This document shows, in pieces, positions 50,101 to 60,886 of a stretch of DNA of 64,000 nucleotides; position 1 is the first letter of the stretch, and each line of letters begins with the position of its first letter. The notes under the pieces were generated by a model. That model had not been told where the DNA came from. It saw only the letters and a program-made list of their open reading frames with translations, and did no database searches. This DNA is from Lingula anatina (Eukaryota; Animalia; Brachiopoda): contig CM120641.1 in the NCBI GenBank assembly GCA_051362555.1, positions 40,740,401 to 40,804,400 on the forward strand, given 5' to 3'. The position numbers and the translations under genes were made by a program.

Positions 50101-51548
50101 TGTCAGTCTCTTTTTAGGCACTATTATTTGCTAATTATTATATTATATACTGTATTAATTAATGTACTTTTAAGGATTTATTAACATATTTAAAAGTGAT
50201 TTGAATATTGTCTTGTCGCTTTGCCTTGTAGATGGTGCGGAATTTCAGAAAACCTCTTATTGTGGCCTCTCCTAAGATGATATTGCGGCTTCCTGCAGCT
50301 ACGTCAAGTATGTTGGATCTGGCACCAGGCAAGACATTCTGTCCAGTACTGGGAGACAATGAAATAGATGGCAATGCTGTCAAGAGGGTAGTGTTCTGTT
50401 CTGGGCAGCACTACTATGCCTTGCATAAACAGAGGGAAACAGTTGGAGCTAAAGATACTGCACTTATCAGACTTGAGGTATGCATGGTTCATACTAATAG
50501 ATGATGGAACTTTAAACTGATTTTCCATTAGGAAAGGAAAGTTTTTGTTCAAAGGAAAGGTTGGTTCAGATGAAGTCTGGTTTATGAAAATTGGTAAATA
50601 TTATTTATCAGGGTACATAGATGTTCACAGCCTAATAATTACGTATACATAAATTTCTTAATTTATTTTGTCTTATATACTTTGTTGACAGGGGAGCAGG
50701 TGTCAGGTAAATCTTGAGCACTTCAAAATTTATAATATTAAAAGCTGTGTACATTTCACAAATTTCAAAACTATTTTTTATTTCAACAGTGTCTCTGTCC
50801 ATTCCCAGCAAAATCTCTTATGCAAGAATTGAACAAATACAAAAGTGCTACAGGTAGGTTGAAATTACAAGCTATTACATATGATTTATATGGCAGATAA
50901 TATCTAAAAATCTGCAAAATCCACTGCTTTTTGCCAATTCTCAAATCATGAAGTTCCAGAATAATGATATTAATTTTATGATTATCAAATGCAAACTGTA
51001 TACTCTGGATGTTTTAGAATTCATTTGGAGTCAGGAGGAACACCAAAATTCAGGAGCTTGGTCCTTTATAGCCCCAAGATTTGAGAAAGTTGTTGGCTGC
51101 AAGGTAAAAAGAAAAACTAATTTTGTTTCTTAAATAGTGTGCAGAAACTATTGTATTTTTAACTGAAATTGTAAAATAACAAATGATTTATGAAACAATG
51201 AACTGAGAATGGATAATGTAAATGACTTGTGCAGTATAAATTGTGAAATTTGAACAAGTAGCTTGTGTTTAGAGAAGCACAGTACTCATTGAACATCAGA
51301 GAAATACATATACGGTCAATAAATTTTATAGGGTAGCTACTTGCAAGATTTAGATTCTTATTTAATGTTTCAATATTCCTCTTGAATAATGCTATTATTT
51401 CTTTTTCAATCAGCTGGCATATGTTGGTCGTGGACCGCTGGCAGCACCTGCAGTTGGCATTGGACAAGTGCACCAGAGGGAAGTTCTGGACATATTGGAA
51501 AGAACATTTGCTAAAAAAAAATATAACTATTTCAGAGCAAGGTGCTGA
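39197..51548 (+). CDS. DHTKD1: 2-oxoadipate dehydrogenase E1 component, mitochondrial (~940 aa, 23 coding exons)
   Basis: Exons 39197-39356, 42472-42589, 43099-43273, 43560-43667, 44080-44191, 44432-44529, 44750-44813, 45804-45877, 46105-46248, 46519-46634, 46738-46813, 47209-47400, 47702-47803, 47987-48118, 48377-48497, 48812-48951, 49196-49352, 49542-49642, 49944-50045, 50232-50477, 50790-50853, 51018-51103, 51414-51548 join in frame. Presequence-like N-terminus with YHT..VYGY; [15 protein letters not shown]; MPHRGRLN; PNPSHLE; ThDP motif HGDAS...NNQLG; WGHNELD; [10 protein letters not shown]; WEAQFGDF; WSQEE. Confidence 0.95.
39418..41287. mobile_element. Non-autonomous PIF/Harbinger-like element in DHTKD1 intron 1
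   Basis: TIRs GGCCTGGGTCCCAAC... / ...GTTGGGACCCAGGCT flanked by a 3-bp TTA TSD (39415-39417 and 41288-41290). CpG-rich interior; no transposase ORF recognised. Confidence 0.85.
39461..40390. mobile_element. Nested ~930-bp non-autonomous TIR element inside the 39418-41287 element
   Basis: TIRs GGCCCCGTATCTCGAAAGCTTCGC / GCGAAGCTTTCGAGGTACGGAGCC (2 mismatches). The TIR core is repeated internally at ~39528 and ~40290. Preceded by CTG; the right TSD is not cleanly resolved. Confidence 0.8.
44348..44397. repeat. (TA)n microsatellite, intronic
   Basis: Pure TA run. Confidence 0.95.
44869..45564. mobile_element. 696-bp non-autonomous TTAA-targeting DNA transposon (Kolobok-like) in DHTKD1 intron 7
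   Basis: TTAA|GGATATTGTCACCCTTT ... AAAGGGTTACAATAACC|TTAA: 17-bp TIRs with 2 mismatches and a TTAA TSD. GG termini fit Kolobok better than piggyBac. Confidence 0.8.
47097..47148. repeat. (TA)n microsatellite, intronic
   Basis: Pure TA run. Confidence 0.95.
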
Positions 51549-52187
51549 TAAAATGGGTTTAATCATCATAGTTATGATATGCACTGTCAGAAAAACATTT
51601 CCAGTGAAGTACATCCAAAATATTTCAACTAATGTGTAAGATTGTTGTAAGGAGATGTAGAAAGTATGAAGTGCTTAAGATAAAGCATTGCATCCACATT
51701 CCGAATTACCTCTAAATAATTTGTCTGTCACAAATTCAGACTTACACATTTGAAATGTTTTAAAATAAGTTAAGTGACTGTTCTGATTCTCATACAAGAT
51801 ACAGTACGTACTTAAGGTACAAGATACAGTAATTAAGGAAAGGTTGTGATTAGGGAAATTTTACCATGAACTAAGTCAGTAATTATTTTATGCATAATAT
51901 CTTTTAACATTAAGTAAGGTATATTATGGTGTGGTACTAAATTCCTGGTTTTGCAATATCATGCCATGAACTGAAAATAATGCAACTTTTATTTATTGTG
52001 ATTGGCATTTTTGGGATAGATTCACTCTTTGTTATGTTTAATAACATATGTGCTTTTAAAGAATGTCATGCACATTTTTTTTCTTTTTTAAATGTCAAAA
52101 GTGCATTAGTCTTCATCAGATGAACACAATTCATATGCAGTTTGCATCTTCTAGCAAAGATTTCTTGCATCTGGATGCAGAGAACCT

Positions 52188-55100
52188 TTAGCCGGTGATG
52201 GTGAAGTTGGTTGATCCTGTATCATAGATTTGACTATGAGGATGCAAGCTGCCACATTCACCATTGCAAAGTGCTGAAAATCAAATCACCAGAGATAACC
52301 ATAGATATCACTGACCATTGCTTTTGTCTTAGTTTGTACATGAAATTATTTGAAAATATGCATTGGCATTTAATATTTAAAAGATTGATATTATGATTAT
52401 GACTTTAATTAGAATTACTGTCACTTAATGGAATTCAGTTAATTCTATGGAAATTGGTCTAAGTCTTCAACACTGGAATTTCCATGTTGTAATCTTCTTC
52501 TACCTGGGGACTTTATTTGCAGCAATCAACAAAAAGAATATATTCCTGTCAGAATAGAACTTACTTATTATAATAATAATATATGTTATGATAGCAATAT
52601 TATACTAGCTCACCAATCTTGACAATGTAGGTTCCAGGCAGCCACATTTCACAGGGCCCTTGTGTAGGGTCGCAGTCAGGGTCTGGCTTTGCATGGATTG
52701 TTATTTTACTGCCATATGTGCCTGGGGGTTGTTTTTGCTGGAGAAAGGCTGAAGCTATAAAAAGAATTTTTTTTCCATTTACATGAGGACTTATGACATG
52801 TTAAAAGTATCTTAAGTGATTTTTATTTTTTTCTCTCAATACTGAATATTCAAAAAAAATTTTTTTTTTTTTTTTTTTTTGGGGGGGGGGGGTCCATTAT
52901 GTGAAATGAGTGCCCTGAGTTTAATCATTGTGATATCTCTCAGCCTTGGAAAATGGCAATGAAAAGCAGATATACCATTAGTTTTGACATCATACTCTGA
53001 AAATCGTCTGTGACTCATTAGAGCATAATCATATGAAATGATTTTTAGAATAAATTCTTCATGACTGAATGCTACTCACCTACTGGAATACCATCAACAG
53101 TATCAAGTTCTATAACAAGTTCTCCAGTTCCGGTACCATTTTTGCTTGTGTATTCGATATCCACAATAAAGGATGTACCTATACCAAGGGAAATTTATAA
53201 CATTTATACAATAGTAGTTAGCTTATCATTATATATTTTGTAATATCAAACCTGTTGGTTTGTACCAATAAATGCAAGGTAAGATTTTTTTTATTTGGAG
53301 GACCTTGAATCATAATGTGAAAGTTTTGTCACTATTATGTTTTCAAATTTAATCATCTTGAACTTTATTCCTCTGATGGTAAATTTATCCCTCTCATCCT
53401 TGTAGACTCTAAAACTCAGGATGAATAAACATGCAACATGACATATTAAATTTGATTCTCTTCATTTTAGGAAGAAAGCAATTTCCCCCCAAAAAACAAA
53501 ACTTTCTCTAAAAATGTGTGTGGGAGGGAGGGTATTACACAATGAATTAAACTGAACCCTGGTACCTGAAAAGGTCAGGCCAATGTTTTACCTTGAGGGC
53601 CTTGTGGAGGCTTGACAGTCAGTGCTGTGATATTGGCATCTCCTGAATCAAAGACTGGACACACAGTGATCAACTCACAGAAGTAAATGGGATCAAGATC
53701 TGCACTAAAATTTAATAAAATAATGATTTTTTTTTTTACCTTGAAGAAATTTCAACATTAATTGTATTTCATTTTGAAAACAGAGGCAGGAAGGTACGAC
53801 ACTTGAACATGGCTGCCATGCAGTGTTATTCAATGCCAGATTTGATTAATCAATGAAAAAGCTAATCTAACTGAAACAAATAAGGGAAATGTATTACTCT
53901 TGTATAAGTTGGATGAACTCTTCAACTCCTACTATACTACAAAGAACATCGCAGATAGCACCAACTGCTTGGCTGCCAGTCTTGTTTGCCAAAGCACCAC
54001 AGAGGTCAGAGCAGGCGGTCAGTACCCCTCCATCTGTAACATAACAGAACAAAGACTGGCTATTCACATGTTTGTGGTTTGGTACCTAATATTAATGTAC
54101 TGGCAAAACTAGCACACACACACATATATATATGTATAGTATTTAACATGCCCCATTCTATCTGATCCTATCCTGAATGGATCCAGTCTCTTTTTTTAAT
54201 GGAAATTAATAAACCAAATAAGCCACATGAATTTCACAGTTCATTTGTGAAGATATTGTGAAATTATCTCAGACATGCCAATACAATGCTGAATTTGACA
54301 AAAATGTTCTCTTTAATTTTTGGTTTTTTGAAACATACAAATACCACATTTCATTTTTTTTTAAATTAAACACTATAAAAAACGGTGATTGTTCTCTGTG
54401 ACAATATTCCTAACTTGAACCTTGTTTTGATCTATGAACCCCTAATACATACTTAAGATGATCTCCAACAAGGCATTGATAGCTTGTGTTGTAAAGTCAA
54501 CACAGGTTGGGCACAGGTCCACTCCCACCTTGTCCTTGACTATAGGGACTTGGTGGAGCCTTACCAACTGAGGCTTGAGTACAGCTCTCTCTTGGCTAAA
54601 ACGCAGGACTGTCGGCAGTGCAGTTGCCTCCAGCACAAGCACTGCAGCTAGGAAAACTGTAACAGACTTAAATAACAAGGCACACTTGAAAATGATAAAA
54701 CATGATCTGTAATCATTTATCTTGTTTCATTACTTATATTGGCTTTTTAAAATCATCATAGAACAAACGATCAACAACAAGGATTATCAAGTAATTTCAG
54801 TAGGTGACAGTTCCACTGATTACTTAATTATTTCAGAAGTTTAATTTAACTGGTAATATCAATTTCTTGGCCATTGCACTGGTTTGTTATCACCTAAACA
54901 ATAGCTTATCTCTTAGTGGGAACATCTTGATATTAACTGATCTTTGGCCTAGCACTGATAACCATTTACTAAGGTTGATCCAACTCACTAGGGTAAATGC
55001 ATCTAAGTTACTAAAATGCTTTATTTTTTTCGAAATAAAGGAATAAACAAATATTAATATCTTCAATATTTTAAATCTAAAAAATGAAGAAAAAATAGAA

Positions 55101-55561
55101 AATAAATAAAAAAAAGCACATATTACAATTCATAACACTTAAATTCTGTATGGATTGATACACTGTACATGTAACTGACAACATGGGTGGCTTTTTTAAT
55201 GAACGTTAAGTGAAAATAAAAAAGTTTTTATCAACGCAAATCACCGATGACATTTTTTATATTAAAGAAATTTACTTTTTTAATGTAAAGTAAAAGATTT
55301 ATCCTCATTTTAACCTTTTAGATACATATCTAACAAGTATGTGGAAAGAAATATGAGTTCAGATGCCAAGGCGATGTAACAAACAAGTCTAGAATACTGC
55401 AACAAACATTTAATTATTTTCTGTTTACATTTGTTTAACTCACATCACTGTTGTCTAATACAAAGTCAAAAAAATAAAGTTAAATGCAAAATGGTTAAAT
55501 CTAAATATTAGCGTTAAAATTAACCAAACTTTGCTTAATAACTGTTTACACCTACCTTCAT
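52188..55561 (-). CDS. Countin-like secreted/lysosomal saposin B-type protein with a C-terminal beta-rich domain (~270 aa, 7 exons)
   Basis: Exons 55561-55556, 54684-54453, 54033-53898, 53704-53592, 53178-53080, 52754-52614, 52273-52188 join in frame. Signal peptide MKCALLFKSVTVFLAAVLVLEATA; saposin pattern CPTC...CSDLC...CDVLC...DLDPIYFCELITVC; C-terminus KNGTGTGE...DCDPTQGPCEMW...CNGECGS..PHSQIYD. Confidence 0.85.
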
Positions 55562-55741
55562 GTTCCTCGGTGTAATATTCTTTGTATGATGTAAAAAGAG
55601 CACATGACTGGTCACATGACACAGTCTCCAAGGTGCTTGCTCATTTGAATAAAGTTGTTATGACCTACTACCATATTGGATTGTAGAAGGATTACACGAT
55701 CTGTGGCACCTTATTTATACATGGAGTTATAAGACACCAAA
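55562..55741. promoter_or_regulatory. Compact bidirectional promoter with tandem CLEAR/M-box-like E-boxes
   Basis: 180 bp between divergent ATGs. CACATGAC at 55601 and GTCACATGAC at 55611; ATTGG at ~55675; YY1-like CAAAATGGCT over the plus-strand ATG. Confidence 0.65.
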
Positions 55742-58712
55742 ATGGCTGCTGGAACTTTTAAATTAGATTTAGGGGATCAGAAGAAAAATGTTTTCGTCAC
55801 TCAGCTCCAAGACAGGTAGGAAAATCTGTTAATGTCTTCAGTTCAGTTGGTTAGAAAAGTTGAATCACAGTGAATGAGTTCTTGAATATCGATTACTATT
55901 GTTGAAAATCTGCCCTAATGAGTTTGCAGAGTGGGTATTTAAATCGATAGCGTGTCTTTCAAAAGAAATTGTAGTCTGAAATCTCTTTTTAACCTAAGGA
56001 AAACTGCAGTGAACAAACAGAAACTGCCAATTATTAATTCTACCAGTACTCGTGGTTCAGACTTCAGTTTATCATATTCAGTTTAGCATTAAACTATACA
56101 TTTTAGGTGAAACCTTTATATAATATGACAATAATTAAGTTTTTAATGTGAAGTCATATCTCATTTTCTTTATTTTAACAGGTATATTTTTCGTGCAAAA
56201 AAATTAATGTCTTTTTTTTATTCATTTTCAGGGATTATGACGAGGAAGATGTCACTGCATATCCCATTGTCAAAGAATCTGCAGACAAACTTATTGAGAC
56301 TGGCATTAATACTCTTCAAAAGACTTTGCTTCTCAAAAAAGAGGTTGAAGTGGACAAGGTTCATTTAGAACTTCTGTCAAAACGTGCTGAGTTTAAAGAA
56401 CGAATGCAAGCATGTTCAGAAAGACAAATCAAAGTGCAAAAGAAACAACAGCAGGTAAGGTTCATTCAGAGCTTGCTTTTAATCATCTCAACTCAGTGGA
56501 GTGGTAATTCAATATGTCTGACCAATGAACTCACAGATTTGATAATTTCCTGTATTGGAAATTTTATTATACCCCCTCCTATATTTCACAAAAGCACAAA
56601 TCATGTACTATTCAACAAAAAGAAGATAACAAAAAAATCTCAATATTTTTGCTATTTGTTTTGTAAGCCTTCATTACTTTCCAGGATGCTTACAAAGAAA
56701 TAAATTACTGTTAGTAAGATCACCAACAAACTTGTTATCATAGAATCAAAAAGTATCATTTTCAACAAGTTTACATTGTGTCTTGTTCTACAGTCCATAT
56801 GTTACCTGTGTACATTCATATTCTTTTTTTCCCTTGCAGATGAAAGAAAAGGTCTCCCAATATGAAAAATTTATTAAAGAAAACGAAGCAAAAAGAAGGA
56901 GAGCAATTCAGAAATATCAGAATGAAGTTAAGCTCAGGGAACAGAGAACACGAGAGCTAGAAATGCTTCAGGAACAACTTGAAGACCTTAAGCAAAGGTA
57001 GGCACATTATATTTGATTGGCAAATCTTCCATTATATTTATCTTTTCATATCAGAGAATGGCATCTTCCTCAAAAGAAATGCATACATTTTTGAAGAAAT
57101 GACTGATTGAGTGAATGAAAGCCATGCATTTGTATGTTTCAGGCACAAATATTTAGAGAAAAGAATAAGCCAAACAAAGAAATTTGAACAGTATTTATTG
57201 AGAGTTGTGGATGCCATGCCTGAAAGTAAGTAAAGAAGGAAAGAAGATGATCACAATGAAAAAGTCAAACACACAGCCACTGAATACTTGGGAGTGTATG
57301 CTATTGTAAACATTCTACTTCTTTTTCTAGTACATTTCACTGAATTGACTTTGTACTGATTAAAGATAAATGCCACTTAAAAAATTATTAAAAATAATTA
57401 TCAGATATATATTCCTTGTAAACATATTTCACCATTATTTTTCAAGATGCTTATGGCTAATTTCTGTGTCTTAGATTATATTGAAATGCAAGACAATATG
57501 GTGAACAGTCTCATGATGAGACACAGAACCTTGAATGAAACCAATAAAGATCTTGTTGAGGGTGTCTCGGAAAAAGCAGATGAGGTGAGTTTATTAATTA
57601 GCTGTCAGGATAGGTAATTGTGAACTATTTTTACATTTCTGGATGTAGAAGGAGGTGGAGAAACTTGGTATGTGAAGATTATATTTCATCAGCAATTATT
57701 ATTAATAATGAACAGTATTTATTGAAAGTAATGACCTCTGTTGTTTCAGCTGGAAAAATTAAGAAACCACCTTGATCAACTGAAGCAAGAGCATGATAAA
57801 ATGAAGCTCTCTATAAACAGTGAATTGTCTAAAATGCAAAAGCATCAAGAAGGTCGGGTGGATGGCAATAAACAGTTGGAGGAATCTTATATCTTGGGAA
57901 AAGGAGACTTTAGGGAACAGGTAAGCATGAGAAAAATATGCATATTCTTTATGTATTCTTCACAGTAAATCACTTTTGGTAATTCTTTGCTGTGAATGAA
58001 AAGTGGTGCATAAATGCTTTAGAAGAAATATGTTAGTTTCCCTTTACAGAATTATAGAGTTCATAAAGAAATTAAATGCTAATTGATATGCAGTGTTGTG
58101 GAATCATTTGGGGCACTGAACTTATAAAAGGGCTGCATAACAAATTAAATTGAGTGATACATTTTTCAGCGATCTGAGTTGGGACAAATACTGATGGCCA
58201 TAAATAACATAGCTAACAAGTGCACCAAAGAAACCGACATTCCAGTGGAAAGGATTATGTTGGATGAAAAACTAGACAGAATCCAGGTAAGGAATATTGT
58301 ACATCACAAAAGGGATTGTTATTATGGGAGAATGCTTTTTTTATTTTTAGGGAGCATACTTCTAGAAACAAATGATTTTCATTTACTAACGGATATAAAT
58401 ATTTCAAATATGGGGCAGACAATTTTGTTCAAAATGATTGAGAATGAATTTATACTTCATGTCAAATTATTAAATTCCCTAAATATTTCATAACACAAAA
58501 TTATGTAGTAGACTCAATGAGGATATCACTATCTCTATGGTCAGTTTTGGAAATCGTTCTTTTATTCACAGGAGTATATGTTGGAAAGGATAGACGTTGC
58601 CCAGATGGCCAGTGCCGATGGGTCAGAAGGTGATCAGAGGACAAAGAGTGGCCGTAGTGGACATAGTTGGAGCAGAAAGAAAAATGCCCCTAAAGTCATG
58701 TTTGCTGCATAA
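55742..58712 (+). CDS. Coiled-coil DUF4200-family protein (CCDC42/CFAP73/CCDC197-like), ~358 aa, 8 exons
   Basis: Exons 55742-55815, 56232-56454, 56840-56997, 57143-57225, 57475-57584, 57750-57920, 58170-58286, 58572-58712 join in frame. Family-like motifs TLLLKKEVE, YEKFIKENEAKRRRAIQK, FEQYLLRVV, LGQILMAINNIA. The exact orthologue cannot be determined by eye. Confidence 0.85.
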
Positions 58713-60886
58713 TGTTCACCTCTAAGTCTTGAAAGGATCTTTCAATACGTTCCCCTGTGACTCTCGTACTGTGAAAAAATGCAGTTATACGTGACAGGCA
58801 CTGTATATTTGGAAGGGGATGGAGACCAGTGAAGTTCATCTGCCATTTTTTCCCCTCTGAGCCATCTGAGATTGATCAAGATGACACATTTTAAAAATAG
58901 TCTCTGTCTACACACCTCATTAGACTGTCTAGACACACAAATTGTTGTCATTGATCTTTGATTATTGATCAAAGCAGACACAGGTTAAGAATTCAGGACC
59001 TGGTAATGAGCAGCATACCAGTGAGCAGAGTTTTAAGTTTCTCTCCTGAGTTAAAAAATCTACTGTAAGTTGAAAGTGTCATTATAAGCACTTTGTTGAA
59101 ATTGTTCACTGTATCAAGAGTATGTGGGAAAAGTCACAATATTAGCACGTGTAAACATAATCCATTGCAAAAACACTGATAGTAGCTTGAATATTATTTT
59201 TATGATAATGATTAATCAATATCTGTTTGTTCAGTTTATCTGTATTGTAGAAGTGAGGGGTGATATGACCTGGGCTCATGCCAAAAGCAGGTAATTACAG
59301 ACGGTAGTGCTTTAAATCATGTCTCTACGCAAATTTTGATATACATCTTAAAAAATATGCAAAGTTTTGTAATTCTTCTCTTTTTTTCACTTTACTACGC
59401 AGAAAAATATTATTATCCTTCAGCATGTTATGAACACCAAAAGCAATTTTGTATTTCTTGGCATACAGGATGGTTTCTGCATCCCATGTTTAGTAAATGT
59501 ATGCAGAAAACCTGAGATGTGGAAGTCCTGCTAAGCCTTGTATACTGTAGGTGCTATACTGATCACTCATTTAGATTTGATATTTTGCAGGTTTGCATGG
59601 TCCTGTTTTTTATGCATATATTCTAAATATGCATCTAGTTATAAAAAGATAATTTTGATAATAAAATCAAATCAAATTTACTCTTTGATTTCTTTATTTT
59701 TCAAAGCCCCTTATTTATGATCTTGGTATATACATAAACACAATGCCTAAAGGCATGCAGTAAAAATTAAAATGCAAGTACAAGATCAAACCAGTGTTTT
59801 TGAAATAATGCACGTGAAACGGCTACCTATATTTAAGAAGCTTATATTTTCCAAACATAAGAGTTTGTCTCTCATTTCTAAATCTTCACAACTTGATTCC
59901 CAGAGATTCATTCACAATCTTTACTGGATATCTAATTTTATGTAATAAATTCAACACTTCTATTAAATTTTTAAAAATTCAAAAAAAGTGCAAAATTACT
60001 TAATATGATCTTATAAAAACAAAGACCTGTTCTCCCTCTTCCCTACTAATGAAGCACTGTGCAACAATTGCTTAAATTACTTTGACCTAAGTATCACATC
60101 AAGCAACACAAATTTGGCCTCATTCCTATGCCCGTTTTATGACGGCAACTCCCATTTCTCCATTTAGATGCTTTTCACCAAATAATTTTGTCACTCTTGT
60201 GCAAAACTGAAATTGATTTTCAACTTACAGGTGTAGAGCAAAGAATTTAGTCATTTCAATGCAAATTTTATCTTTCACTACTCATAAACTTCAAGGAAAG
60301 GAACTTTCTCTAAAGCCCCAATACATCAAGATATTATGCAACACAATTTGTTCAGCGATATGTTTCCAAAATGATCCACAACCTCATCATTCTACAACCA
60401 AATCTGTTATATCCCATGCTTTGGAATGCTTGTGACTGTAAACAGTCTACAATTTATAATTTACCTATAAAAAGCCTCTAGATTAAATACTTATATCAAC
60501 ACAACTTATGAATGGAGGGAATCCTACATTTAAAAACTGCTGATAAAAAGTTCTTCTCCACAACAAAAAAATTTCTCAAAGGTTGAATGCTAAATTGATG
60601 GTTGAATTTTTTAGTATAATCTGATATTTCAAAGTAAGAATATGGGAACATGAAAAATCACAGTATTTATAGTGTTTCATGCCTGCTTACTGCATACATC
60701 AATTACCAAGCACTCCTGTATTACTCACATTGATGTATAACTATACTTTTTAAAAAACTAAGAAATCTTCATCCCATAATTCAACATGAAATATTGACAG
60801 CATGTCTAGATCAACTGATTAACCATCGGAAGTTTTTGTCTGTATTTTTTTCATCTGTAAATATAATCCAATAGCTCATTACATCC

